Positions 9,324 to 17,961 of a stretch of DNA of 19,507 nt are shown piece after piece. The translations under genes were made by a program, and so were the position numbers. This stretch comes from Tubiluchus corallicola (Eukaryota > Animalia > Priapulida). Under the pieces are notes generated by a model. It did no database searches, was not told where the DNA came from, and saw only the letters and a list, made by a program, of their open reading frames with translations. The stretch covers positions 1-19,507 of the forward strand of contig JAQGDQ010002484.1 of the NCBI GenBank assembly GCA_030141605.1. The letters are read 5' to 3'. Numbering within the stretch: the first letter of the stretch is position 1; every line of letters begins with the position of its first letter.

Positions 9324-10278
9324 TTAATCAAGATAATTTACTAGTTCATAATCTTTCATTGGAAAAGATTTTTTCTCTGTCCAAGCATAAGATATAGGAT
9401 GTACAGATAATTTATTTGATTCCACTCCTACCATAACTGATTGTTTTTTTTCAAGCAATAATTCGACTGCATAAGCTCCCATTTTGGTTGCTATAATTCT
9501 ATCTAAAGCGCTTGGCATTCCACCTCTTTGGATATGCCCAAGTACAGTTACTCTAACACTAGTATTTACTTTCTTTTTTAGTTCCTCAGCTATTTCAAGT
9601 GCTGATCCCACTCCTTCTGCAACTACAACAATATCATGTAATTTTCCATTTTTTCTACGTTCTGTTATTTTTTTAGCTAAATTCTCTATTGGATTTTCTT
9701 GTTCTGGTAACAACACCCCGTCTGCTCCACCTGCCATTCCAGTATATAAAGCTAAATCACCTGCCATTCTTCCCATTACTTCAACTAAAAAAGTTCTTGT
9801 ATGAGAAGTAGCTGTATCTCTAAGCTTACTTATTGAGTCTAATATAGTATTTAAAGTCGTGTCATATCCTATTGTATAGTCTGTTCCTGTTATATCATTA
9901 TCTATAGTACCAGGTATTCCAATTACATTTATATTATGTTCTTTGTGCAATAGGTCAGCTCCGTGAAATGAACCATCTCCACCAATTACTATTAAATTTT
10001 CTATACCTCTTTTTGTTAAGTTCTTAACAGCCATTGCCTACTTCTTTTTCTTTAAATTCTGGACATCTTGAAGTTAAAAGTATTGTTCCACCATGGTCTA
10101 TTATTCCTGACACTTCTTTTGGTGTTAACTTATAAATATCATCATTTACTAATCCTGTAAATCCTCTTCTAATTCCAAAAACTTCTATATTTTTATAAAA
10201 AGCAAACTTAGCTGCAGCTCTTATTGCTGCATTCATTCCTGGTGAATCTCCTCCACTAGTCATTATTGCTATTTTCAT
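9324..10278 (-). pseudogene. pfkA: ATP-dependent 6-phosphofructokinase, split by a frameshift near 10035 (pseudogene or sequence error)
   Basis: ORF 10024-10278 carries TSGGDSPGMNAAIRA...GGTIL.TSR. ORF 9324-10034 carries GGDGS, IPGTIDND, EVMGR and LGHIQRGG. The two halves together make one ~320 aa PfkA in the usual pfk-pyk arrangement. Confidence 0.85.
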
Positions 10279-10325
10279 AATCTTGTTCCTCCTAAGAATT
10301 ACCTTATTTTATATATATTTCATTA

Positions 10326-10354
10326 ATTTTACAGTATTTTATACTATTTTGCAA
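10326..10354 (-). promoter_or_regulatory. Putative sigma70 promoter for pfkA-pyk
   Basis: Minus strand TTGCAA-17 bp-TAAAAT upstream of RBS AGGAGG. Confidence 0.55.
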
Positions 10355-10376
10355 ATAAAATTTCATTCATAATTAC

Positions 10377-10391
10377 TTCCAATCATTGGAA
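10377..10391. promoter_or_regulatory. Perfect palindrome, candidate transcription-factor site
   Basis: TTCCAAT-C-ATTGGAA between the divergent pfkA and GH3 promoters. Confidence 0.35.
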
Positions 10392-10515
10392 AAATATTTA
10401 AACTATAGATTAGAATAAAAGAACACAATATTAAAATAAAGTAATTTTCAAGTTTTAATTATTTTAATAATTACTTCTTTGTTATATTACTAAATGTTTT
10501 ATACGTTTATATTCC

Positions 10516-10543
10516 TTGACATTAATTTATAAATTGTTATAAT
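10516..10543 (+). promoter_or_regulatory. Sigma70 promoter for the GH3 gene
   Basis: TTGACA-16 bp-TATAAT with extended -10 (TGT TATAAT). Confidence 0.75.
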
Positions 10544-10621
10544 TCAAAAATAAATACTGTTTAAAAAATGTTTATATATTTTAGACACCAATTCAATTAC
10601 TTATAATTAAGGAGAAATATT

Positions 10622-11791
10622 ATGCTTAAAACCTGTATAATAATAGTATTTTTTTTTATCCATAACATATATTACAGCTATAACTATAAATGCTTGCTTC
10701 CAAATACTTTTTTTCTTGTTAATAGTGATGAAATAAAAAATAAAGTCCATAACATGACACTTGAAGAAAAAATAGGTGAATTATTTATTGTAGGCATTCC
10801 AGAAAACAATATGACTTCAAAAGTGTATAATAGATTAAATAAATATCATTATGGCAGTATTATTCTTTTTAATAGAAATCTTAAAAATGAACAACAAATA
10901 ATAAGTTTAACTAGAAACTTACAAAATAATACTGTAAAAAATATATTTATCGGAGTTGATGAAGAAGGAGGTAAAGTATCTAGGATTCCTTCTAACATTA
11001 CATCTATCGTTTCTGCTAAAAAAATGTCTAATCTATCAAATATAGAGGAGTATAGCAGGTTATTAGGACTTTTATTAAAACATTTAGGGTACCATATGAA
11101 CTTTGCTCCTGTTTTAGATATAACAACTAGCAATACTAGCTTTATGAGTAGCAGATCTTTTTCATCATCTCCTGAAATTGTTGCAAAAAATAGCGCTCAA
11201 TTTATTAAAGGCCATTATTTAGCTGGCATATTACCAGTTGCTAAACACTTTCCAGGGCACGGCGCAACTACAACTGATTCTCATTTTAATTTACCAGTTA
11301 TTAATATCTCAAAAGATATGTTAATTAATCGAGAACTTCTTCCTTATAAAAAAGCGATTAAAGAATCAAATATTGATATTATTATGGTAGGACACTTAAT
11401 GTATCCACAAATTGATAACTTTTATCCAGCTTCAATGTCTAAAAAACTAATAAGTATTTTAAAAAATGATTTATTCTTTGATGGAATTATTATTACTGAT
11501 GATTTAGGAATGAAATCAATTTCTGATTACTACGAAGATGGAGAAGAAGCTTATCAAGCTATTAAATCTGGAGTTGATATGCTTATGTACGCTCATGACC
11601 TATCTAATCAACAAGCTGCATATTACAACCTCTTAGATAAAGTCAAATCTGGTAAACTTTCTGAAGAAAGAATTAATACAAGTGTTTTAAAAATAACTGC
11701 TTTAAAAGAAATGTACTTATTTAAAAATTATAAACCTAACATTTCAATTGAAGAAATCATAAAGTTAATGAAAAGTACAGAAAAAAATTAA
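10622..11791 (+). CDS. nagZ: GH3 beta-N-acetylhexosaminidase (NagZ type), probably exported
   Basis: MTLEEKIG, VDEEGGKVSR, NFAPVLD, KHFPGHGATTTDSH (the NagZ Asp-His motif) and ITDDLGM nucleophile; hydrophobic N-terminus; RBS AAGGAG. Confidence 0.85.
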   Translation: MLKTCIIIVFFFIHNIYYSYNYKCLLPNTFFLVNSDEIKNKVHNMTLEEKIGELFIVGIPENNMTSKVYNRLNKYHYGSIILFNRNLKNEQQIISLTRNLQNNTVKNIFIGVDEEGGKVSRIPSNITSIVSAKKMSNLSNIEEYSRLLGLLLKHLGYHMNFAPVLDITTSNTSFMSSRSFSSSPEIVAKNSAQFIKGHYLAGILPVAKHFPGHGATTTDSHFNLPVINISKDMLINRELLPYKKAIKESNIDIIMVGHLMYPQIDNFYPASMSKKLISILKNDLFFDGIIITDDLGMKSISDYYEDGEEAYQAIKSGVDMLMYAHDLSNQQAAYYNLLDKVKSGKLSEERINTSVLKITALKEMYLFKNYKPNISIEEIIKLMKSTEKN

Positions 11792-11941
11792 AATTTATGT
11801 AAGTATTAATTAACACTAATTGAAAGATCGTTATATATATATCACCTATAAATATTGTTCTTAACAATGTTAATTCCATTAAACTTTTTATTTATACTTC
11901 AGGAAAGTGCTACTATATTTGTAGAAACACCCAAAAAAAAG

Positions 11942-11970
11942 TTGAAATATTAGAAATTGTATGGTATAAA
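11942..11970 (+). promoter_or_regulatory. Putative sigma70 promoter for HU
   Basis: TTGAAA-17 bp-TATAAA with extended -10 (TGG). Confidence 0.6.
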
Positions 11971-12007
11971 TGTTTAACATAAAAAAACAAAGGAGGAAAT
12001 ATATATT

Positions 12008-12298
12008 ATGACTAAAAAAGATTTTATTGCCCTTTATGCAAAAAAAGGTGAATTTTCTTCGAAAGCTGAAGCAGAAAGAAAATTAGAAGCATTTTTAGGA
12101 ACAGTACAAGATGTATTAAAAAAAGAAGATAGTATTAACTTCATTGGATGGGGAAAATTTGAAGTAGTAAAAAGAAGTGCTAGAACAGGAAGAAATCCTT
12201 CTACTGGTGCTAAAATAAAAATACCTGCAAAAAAAGTTGTAAAGTTTAAACCTGGCAAAAATCTTGCTGAGTCTATTGAAAAAAAGAAAAAGAAATAA
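12008..12298 (+). CDS. hup: DNA-binding protein HU
   Basis: IGWGKFEV, ARTGRNPSTGAKIKIPAKKVVKFKPGK; 96 aa; RBS AAGGAGG. Confidence 0.95.
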   Translation: MTKKDFIALYAKKGEFSSKAEAERKLEAFLGTVQDVLKKEDSINFIGWGKFEVVKRSARTGRNPSTGAKIKIPAKKVVKFKPGKNLAESIEKKKKK

Positions 12299-12310
12299 AC
12301 TATATTTAAG

Positions 12311-12335
12311 AAAAGAGGATCCTTCCTCTTTTTTT
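12311..12335 (+). terminator. Intrinsic terminator after HU
   Basis: AAAAGAGGA-TCCT-TCCTCTTTTTTT. Confidence 0.8.
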
Positions 12336-12368
12336 GTTAAACACTATTATCTTTGCATTAAAATATAC

Positions 12369-12398
12369 TTGAAAAATATAAATCTAATATGATAAAAT
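12369..12398 (+). promoter_or_regulatory. Putative promoter for the BMP lipoprotein gene
   Basis: TTGAAA-18 bp-TAAAAT with extended -10 (TGA). Confidence 0.5.
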
Positions 12399-12438
12399 TC
12401 AATATATTAATTAATATATTTTCACTAAGGAGGAATTT

Positions 12439-13476
12439 ATGAAGAAACTATTATCAATACTAGTGGCATTATTTCTTATGGGACTACTGGTATCATGTGG
12501 CGGAAGCAATTCTGAAGAAAATTTAAATGATTACGACCATAGCCATGGAGAAGTTGAAAATGAGAAAGAACCAAGTAAAGATCCACTAAAAGTAGGTATT
12601 GTTTTATCTACTGGAGGATTAGGTGATAAATCATTTAATGACTCAGCATATAGAGGCCTAGAAGAAGCTCAAAAAGAATTTGGAGTTGAAATTAAATATG
12701 TTGAACCTGCATCTCCAGCTGAGGATGAGGGGTATCTTAGACAATTTGCTGAAAATAACTTTGATTTAGTTATTGGTGTCGGTTTTTTTATGCAAAAGGC
12801 ACTTGCGAATGTTGCAAAAGATTACCCAGAGGTTAAGTTTGCTATAATTGACACTTTAGTTGAAGGTGAAAATGTTAGGTCTATTTTATTTGCTGAAGAT
12901 GAAGGATCATTTTTAGTTGGAGCACTAGCTGCTCTAATGACCAGTAATAATACTGTTGGATTTATTGGAGGAATGAAAACACCTCTTATTGAAAAATTTG
13001 AAAAAGGATATTTTGCTGGAGCTAAGCATGTTAATCCTGATATCAAAACTGTTCAAGTATACACCACTGGACAAAATCCTTTTAATGATCCTACTCAAGG
13101 AAAAGAAAACGCTATATCCCTTATAGGACAAGGAGCAGACGTCGTATACCACGCTGCTGGTGGTACTGGACTAGGTGTTATAGAGGGGGCTAAGGAAAAA
13201 GGCGCTTACGCAATAGGAGTTGATTCAAATCAAGATGATATTGCACCTGGTGTTGTCCTTACATCCATGATGAAAAATGTTGATGTTTCAGTTTATTTAA
13301 CAGTAAAAGATCTTGTAGAAGGTAATTTTTCAAATGGTGAAATAAGATATAACCTCGAAAATGGTGGAGTTGGAACAACTGAATTTGAAAAAACTAAAAA
13401 TATTATTGGTGAAGAAAATATTAATAAACTTGAAGACATTAAGTCAAAAATTATAAATGGAGAGCTATCAATTTAG
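12439..13476 (+). CDS. BMP/PnrA-family ABC substrate-binding lipoprotein (nucleoside-binding type)
   Basis: Signal peptide with lipobox LVSC; GGLGDKSFNDSAYRG, EGSFLVG, GADVVYHAAGGTGLGV, AIGVDSNQ and TSMMKNVD. Confidence 0.92.
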   Translation: MKKLLSILVALFLMGLLVSCGGSNSEENLNDYDHSHGEVENEKEPSKDPLKVGIVLSTGGLGDKSFNDSAYRGLEEAQKEFGVEIKYVEPASPAEDEGYLRQFAENNFDLVIGVGFFMQKALANVAKDYPEVKFAIIDTLVEGENVRSILFAEDEGSFLVGALAALMTSNNTVGFIGGMKTPLIEKFEKGYFAGAKHVNPDIKTVQVYTTGQNPFNDPTQGKENAISLIGQGADVVYHAAGGTGLGVIEGAKEKGAYAIGVDSNQDDIAPGVVLTSMMKNVDVSVYLTVKDLVEGNFSNGEIRYNLENGGVGTTEFEKTKNIIGEENINKLEDIKSKIINGELSI

Positions 13477-13494
13477 TAATACTAAAAGCTTCAT

Positions 13495-13521
13495 AAAAGG
13501 TCAGCTTATGCTGATCTTTTT
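13495..13521 (+). terminator. Intrinsic terminator after the BMP gene
   Basis: AAAAGGTCAGC-TTAT-GCTGATCTTTTT (one G-U pair). Confidence 0.8.
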
Positions 13522-13617
13522 ATATTTTCCAGATTTTACTTTTCTAGTATTAAATTATATATTTTATTAATAGGATTATGATATAATTTAATAAACACAT
13601 ATAAGGAGCTACATTTT

Positions 13618-14277
13618 ATGACAGATTTTATAAAATTAGAAAAACTTGAGTTAGTATCTATTACCAAGTTTGGTTTTTTCTTTAAAAATCCAAATGATAT
13701 AAAAGATATATTTATGCATAGTGGGGAGGAAGAAGGAGAGCTAATTATTGGAAAAAAATATTTAGTAGCTTTATATTATTCAGAAAAAAGAACTATTATA
13801 TGTAGCATGCAGCTATACAAATTTCTTAAAACTAATGATTTATATAAAAACAAAGATCATATTAAAGGTACTATATATAGAATAAATTCTAATATAGGAG
13901 CATTTGTTGCCATTGATAATAAGTACTTTGGGTTAATACCTAAAAGTGAAATTTTTAGGGAATACTATGTAGGTGAAGAAATCAATGCTCGAATAACTAA
14001 GATTCGGTCCGATGGTAAAATAAATCTAAGCCCTAGAAAAATTATATCTCAACAAATTGATGATGATGCTCAAAGTATAGTAAAGCATCTGAGAGAAAAT
14101 TTTGGAATTTCTGCAATAGATGATAAAAGCGACCCTCAAATTATATATAATACTTTTAATTTAAGTAAAAAAGCTTTTAAAAGAGCTATTGGAAAGCTTT
14201 TAAAAAACAAAATCATAAAAAAAACAACTATTGGATATGAGCTCATATATGAAAATGAAGACACAAATGTTATTTAA
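13618..14277 (+). CDS. CvfB/YitL-like S1 RNA-binding protein
   Basis: S1 motifs (IGAFVAIDNKYFGLIPKSE, DGKINLS) and C-terminal winged helix (DKSDP...F.LSKKAFKRAIGKLLK). RBS AAGGAG; extended -10 TGATATAAT at 13579-13587. Confidence 0.85.
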   Translation: MTDFIKLEKLELVSITKFGFFFKNPNDIKDIFMHSGEEEGELIIGKKYLVALYYSEKRTIICSMQLYKFLKTNDLYKNKDHIKGTIYRINSNIGAFVAIDNKYFGLIPKSEIFREYYVGEEINARITKIRSDGKINLSPRKIISQQIDDDAQSIVKHLRENFGISAIDDKSDPQIIYNTFNLSKKAFKRAIGKLLKNKIIKKTTIGYELIYENEDTNVI

Positions 14278-14366
14278 TGTCATTTTTTTATAAATTCCAA
14301 AGTGACAGTAGTTTTCATTTTCTCATGCACAAATAGTCTATATAGTAAATCTATTTTTTTTTCAAT

Positions 14367-14400
14367 AAAAAAAGCTACCACTATGTTAGTGTTAGCTTTT
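14367..14400. terminator. Bidirectional terminator between the S1 protein gene and rplT
   Basis: AAAAGCTA-C-CACTA-TGT-TAGTG-T-TAGCTTTT with A/T runs on both sides, between convergent genes. Confidence 0.7.
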
Positions 14401-14416
14401 ATAATATTTATATTAA

Positions 14417-14770
14417 TTAAAGAGATTTTTTTGCAACTTCTACTAGCTGCTTAAATTCATTTTGATTATTTATAGCTAAATCTGCTAATACTTTTCTATC
14501 AAGCTCTATACCTGCTTTTTTTAATCCATTCATAAATTTACTATATGATAATCCATTATTTCTAGCACCTGCATTTATCCTTATTATCCAAAGCTCTCTC
14601 ATTTTTCTTTTTCTAACTTTTCTATCTCTCGTTGAAAAAGCCTCTCCCCTCATTACAGCTTGATTAGCCTGCTTAAAAACATCACCTGAAGCTCCTCTGT
14701 AGCCTTTAGCTGCTTTTAATACTTTTTTATGTCTTTCTTTTCTTATTTTTCCAGTCTTTACTCTTGACAT
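14417..14770 (-). CDS. rplT: 50S ribosomal protein L20
   Basis: MSRVKTG...AKGYRG...RDRKVRKRKMRELWIIRINA...LDRKVLADLA. Confidence 0.98.
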   Translation of the reverse strand: MSRVKTGKIRKERHKKVLKAAKGYRGASGDVFKQANQAVMRGEAFSTRDRKVRKRKMRELWIIRINAGARNNGLSYSKFMNGLKKAGIELDRKVLADLAINNQNEFKQLVEVAKKSL

Positions 14771-14804
14771 ATATACTTCCTCCTATCTAACATGCTTTAT
14801 AAAC

Positions 14805-15011
14805 TTATCTTCCCTTTTTAGTTGGCAACAACACAGCTAATCTTTTACTTATTCCTTTTGGTAATACAGATTCAGAGCTCAAACGAGTTTTTCTTTTATT
14901 AGATTTTTTTTCTAAGTTATGATTTTTTCCACAACGTCTTATGGATATCTTACCGCTTCCTGTTACTCTAAGTCTCTTTTGTGCTGCTTTGTGGCTTTTC
15001 ATTTTACCCAT
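14805..15011 (-). CDS. rpmI: 50S ribosomal protein L35
   Basis: MGKMKSHKAAQKRLRVTGSGK, located between infC and rplT. Start moved to the ATG at 15011, which has RBS GGGAGG. Confidence 0.95.
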   Translation of the reverse strand: MGKMKSHKAAQKRLRVTGSGKISIRRCGKNHNLEKKSNKRKTRLSSESVLPKGISKRLAVLLPTKKGR

Positions 15012-15065
15012 ATTTGTTGGTCCTCCCTTCAAATTTTGCTTATATTATTATATTTATAGATTAAT

Positions 15066-15563
15066 TTATTTTATTGGTGATAGCATTAAAGATTTTTGTG
15101 CATCTTTATAGTTTTTTTCAATTGTTGCTACAAGTTTATACTTTTCAGCAATTTCATCTAAAAGTTTTATTCCCAGATTCATATGCATTCTCTCTCTTCC
15201 AGACATCATTAATGTCACTTTTACTTTATACTCTTTTTCTAAAAATTTATCAATTTTTTTCATTTTTGTTTCTAAATCATGTTTATCAATTCTTACTTTT
15301 ACCTTTATTTCTTTTACAATTACTTGCTTTTGTTTTTTCTTAGCTTCTTTAGCTTTACGTTGTTGTTCATATTTATACTTTCCATAATCCATTATTTTAT
15401 AAACAGGTGGATTAGCATTTAATGATACTCCTATTAAATCAAGACCTCTTTCTTCTGCTATTTTTAAAGCTTCTGATTTATTCATTATCCCTAATTGGTC
15501 TCCTTTTTCACCTATAACCCTAACTTCACTATTTCCAAAATTTTTACTTACCTTTTTTGTTAT
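15066..15563 (-). CDS. infC: Translation initiation factor IF-3 (non-AUG start)
   Basis: EVRVIG..G.QLGIM, LDLI.VS.NANPPV.KIMDYGKYKYEQ, VKEIKV...IDKHD. Strong SD GGAGGTG is followed by in-frame ATC (15566) and ATA (15563), with no ATG at SD distance. Confidence 0.93.
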   Translation of the reverse strand: MTKKVSKNFGNSEVRVIGEKGDQLGIMNKSEALKIAEERGLDLIGVSLNANPPVYKIMDYGKYKYEQQRKAKEAKKKQKQVIVKEIKVKVRIDKHDLETKMKKIDKFLEKEYKVKVTLMMSGRERMHMNLGIKLLDEIAEKYKLVATIEKNYKDAQKSLMLSPIK

Positions 15564-15648
15564 GATAGACACCTCCAAAATATACATTAGAATAATTTTT
15601 AAAGTTTTCACAATCATATCTATTTATGAAGTGAGTTATTATAGATAT

Positions 15649-15776
15649 AAAAAAAATCCAGAGAAAAATCCCTGGATATTATAAAATAACTAAATAAAAT
15701 TATTTACTAACTACTAACCATATATAGCCTATTGCCTATAAGGTGAGAAACAGGGAGTTTCTTCTTTTTTTATAAC
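15649..15776 (-). ncRNA. Ribosomal protein L20 leader (attenuator)
   Basis: Lies upstream of infC-rpmI-rplT. The motif AGAAGAAACTCCCTGTTTCTCACCT resembles the L20-leader 5' consensus. Terminator ATCCAGGGA-TTTT-TCTCTGGAT-T7; TCCCTG (15751-15756) can pair with the CAGGGA arm as an antiterminator. Confidence 0.75.
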
Positions 15777-15782
15777 TCAGAT

Positions 15783-15811
15783 AGTTTACTATATTTTATT
15801 CTATTTGTCAA
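15783..15811 (-). promoter_or_regulatory. Sigma70 promoter of the infC operon
   Basis: Minus strand TTGACA-17 bp-TAAACT, starting immediately after the asnS stop codon. Confidence 0.75.
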
Positions 15812-17203
15812 CTAAAACAATGCATTATTTATAGTTCTTGGAAATGGTATGACATCTCTTATATTTGTCATTCCAGTTATATACATTACCAAACGTTCAA
15901 AACCAAGTCCAAAACCACTATGAGGAAAGCTACCATATTTTCTAAGATCTAAATAAAATTTATATTCATTTTTACTCAAGCCACTTTCTTCCATTTTTTT
16001 TAGTAAAACATCATAATTATCTTCTCTTTGGCTACCACCTATTAACTCTCCTATTCCAGGTACCAATAAGTCCATTGCTCTAACAGTTTTATTATCTTTA
16101 TTTGATTTCATATAAAAAGATTTTATTTCCTTTGGATAATCAACTACAAATACTGGCTTTTTAAAAAAAATTTCTGCTAAAAACCTTTCATGTTCTGTTT
16201 GGAGATCCACTCCCCACTTAATTGGATTATCAAAATTCTTATTACTATTTTTTAATATTTCTATAGCGTCACTATAAGTTATTCTAGCAAAATTATCTGC
16301 ATATATTTCTTTTAATTTCTTTATAAGACCTTTTTCAATGAATTTATCAAAAAATTCCATTTCTTCTGGACAAGCTTTTAAAATAAAATCAATTAAATAT
16401 TTTGTCATTTCTTCAGCACAGTCCATATTTCCTTCTAAGTCTACAAATGCCATTTCAGGCTCTATCATCCAAAACTCAGCTATATGCCTAGGAGTGTTAG
16501 ATTTTTCAGCTCTAAATGTTGGTCCAAATGTATAGGTATTTCTAAAAGCAGGGCAAAATGTCTCAACATTTAATTGCCCACTAACAGAAAGTTTTGTTTC
16601 TTTCCCAAAAAAATCTTTTGTGTAATCTACTTCTTTTTTTTCATTGTGTGGAATATTATTTAAATCTAATGTAGTTACTCTAAACATCTCTCCAGCACCT
16701 TCTGCATCACTTCCAGTTATAATAGGTGTATGGACATATACAAATTCATTTTCTTGAAAAAATTTATGTATAGCATAAGAAAGCTTAGATCTTACTCTAA
16801 ATACTGCAGAAAATGTATTAGTTCTAGGTCTTAAGTGAGCTATCTCTCTTAAAAATTCAAAAGTATGCCTCTTGTTTTGAAGAGGATAATCTAAATCAGA
16901 TTTTTGTAATATCTCAATTTTTTCTGCTTTAATTTCAAACTCTTGTCTGCTTCCTTCTGATTTTATTAATTTTCCCTCTACAATAATAGATGATGCTACT
17001 GATAGTTTTGAAATTTCCTCAAAATTTATTAGATTATTTTCAAAAACTACTTGTAAACCTTTAAAAAAAGATCCATCTCCTAATTCAATAAAACCAAATT
17101 TTTTTTGGCTTCTTATTTTTTTTATCCAACCTGATAGTTTTATATTTTTATCGTAAAGTTTTTCCTTATAAGCATATATGTCTTTTATCAATGATAATTC
17201 CAA
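15812..17203 (-). CDS. asnS: Asparagine--tRNA ligase
   Basis: OB-fold anticodon domain (GWIKKIR...F.EL.DGS), HLRPRTN, motif 2 [36 protein letters not shown] and motif 3 [12 protein letters not shown]; TTG start with RBS GGGGGTG. Confidence 0.97.
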   Translation of the reverse strand: MELSLIKDIYAYKEKLYDKNIKLSGWIKKIRSQKKFGFIELGDGSFFKGLQVVFENNLINFEEISKLSVASSIIVEGKLIKSEGSRQEFEIKAEKIEILQKSDLDYPLQNKRHTFEFLREIAHLRPRTNTFSAVFRVRSKLSYAIHKFFQENEFVYVHTPIITGSDAEGAGEMFRVTTLDLNNIPHNEKKEVDYTKDFFGKETKLSVSGQLNVETFCPAFRNTYTFGPTFRAEKSNTPRHIAEFWMIEPEMAFVDLEGNMDCAEEMTKYLIDFILKACPEEMEFFDKFIEKGLIKKLKEIYADNFARITYSDAIEILKNSNKNFDNPIKWGVDLQTEHERFLAEIFFKKPVFVVDYPKEIKSFYMKSNKDNKTVRAMDLLVPGIGELIGGSQREDNYDVLLKKMEESGLSKNEYKFYLDLRKYGSFPHSGFGLGFERLVMYITGMTNIRDVIPFPRTINNALF

Positions 17204-17218
17204 AAGGGCACCCCCTAT

Positions 17219-17809
17219 TTACTTATTATTCTTTTCTAAAAAATCAATTATTCCTGTAAAATAAAAATCCATTACTTTTTTTATAAAAGAGCCTACTTCA
17301 TCTTTTTTTATTTTTAACGTTGGTATCTCAGCTAAAAATAATATTGTATTTTTACACACTGTTAAAAGGAAAGCTTTTTCTTCCTTTGAGTTAATTTTAA
17401 ATTTCTTTGTAAGTCTTCCATATAAAATATTTGATACTTTATCATAAATATCTTCATATTTAGTGTCTTTGCTAGAATTTAATAATACATATAATTCTGT
17501 TTTTTTTGTAGTAAATAGCTTTTCTAAAGAATCTAATACATTGTTATAATTTTTTTCATTAATTGAATAGTCTAACTCAATAATAGGTTCGTTTGTTTCA
17601 AAGATATCAATAAATTTTTTATAGCTATCGTCAACTATTAAAGCATAAAGTTTTTCTTTATTTTCATAGTAACGGTATAAATTTCCTATTGTAACTCCTG
17701 AGTATTTAGTTATAGTTCTAATACTTGCACTAGAGTATGTTTTCTCTTTAAAGCATTTTAAAGCCCCTTTATATATACTTTCTTTGACTTTTTCTTTTTT
17801 TACTTGCAT
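17219..17809 (-). CDS. TetR/AcrR-family transcriptional regulator
   Basis: N-terminal HTH (ALKCFKEKTYSSASIRTITKYSGVTIGNLYRYYENKEKLY); 196 aa. Confidence 0.88.
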   Translation of the reverse strand: MQVKKEKVKESIYKGALKCFKEKTYSSASIRTITKYSGVTIGNLYRYYENKEKLYALIVDDSYKKFIDIFETNEPIIELDYSINEKNYNNVLDSLEKLFTTKKTELYVLLNSSKDTKYEDIYDKVSNILYGRLTKKFKINSKEEKAFLLTVCKNTILFLAEIPTLKIKKDEVGSFIKKVMDFYFTGIIDFLEKNNK

Positions 17810-17865
17810 TTTTTTCCTTTCATAATTTTCAGACGCTGTTATAGTATTTTGTGTTTTCTAATCAG

Positions 17866-17908
17866 TAGTATCACTAATAATGTTACTATGAAAGATAAAA
17901 GAAGTCAA
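17866..17908 (-). promoter_or_regulatory. Putative tetR promoter with overlapping inverted repeat
   Basis: Minus strand TTGACT-17 bp-TAACAT. The inverted repeat TAGTATCA-N7-TGTTACTA (17866-17888, 7/8 match) covers the -10/+1 region. Confidence 0.5.
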
Positions 17909-17961
17909 TACTTTTACTATTAATTTAATTTAAGTTTAATAAAATTAAGTAAATTTAAATT

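Noticed and set aside
10030-10055. Programmed ribosomal frameshift in pfkA
   Set aside because: There is no canonical X XXY YYZ slippery heptamer at the junction, no evident stimulator, and no precedent I know of for pfkA.
11820-11836. cre-like site TGAAAGATCGTTATAT
   Set aside because: Its spacing does not fit the CcpA consensus, and its position is not compelling.
7900-16535. Opposite-strand ORFs 7900-8445, 9484-9804, 10849-11133, 12034-12258, 12822-13046, 12934-13152, 15074-15343 and 16338-16535
   Set aside because: Each lies antisense within a confidently assigned gene and has no independent coding signal.
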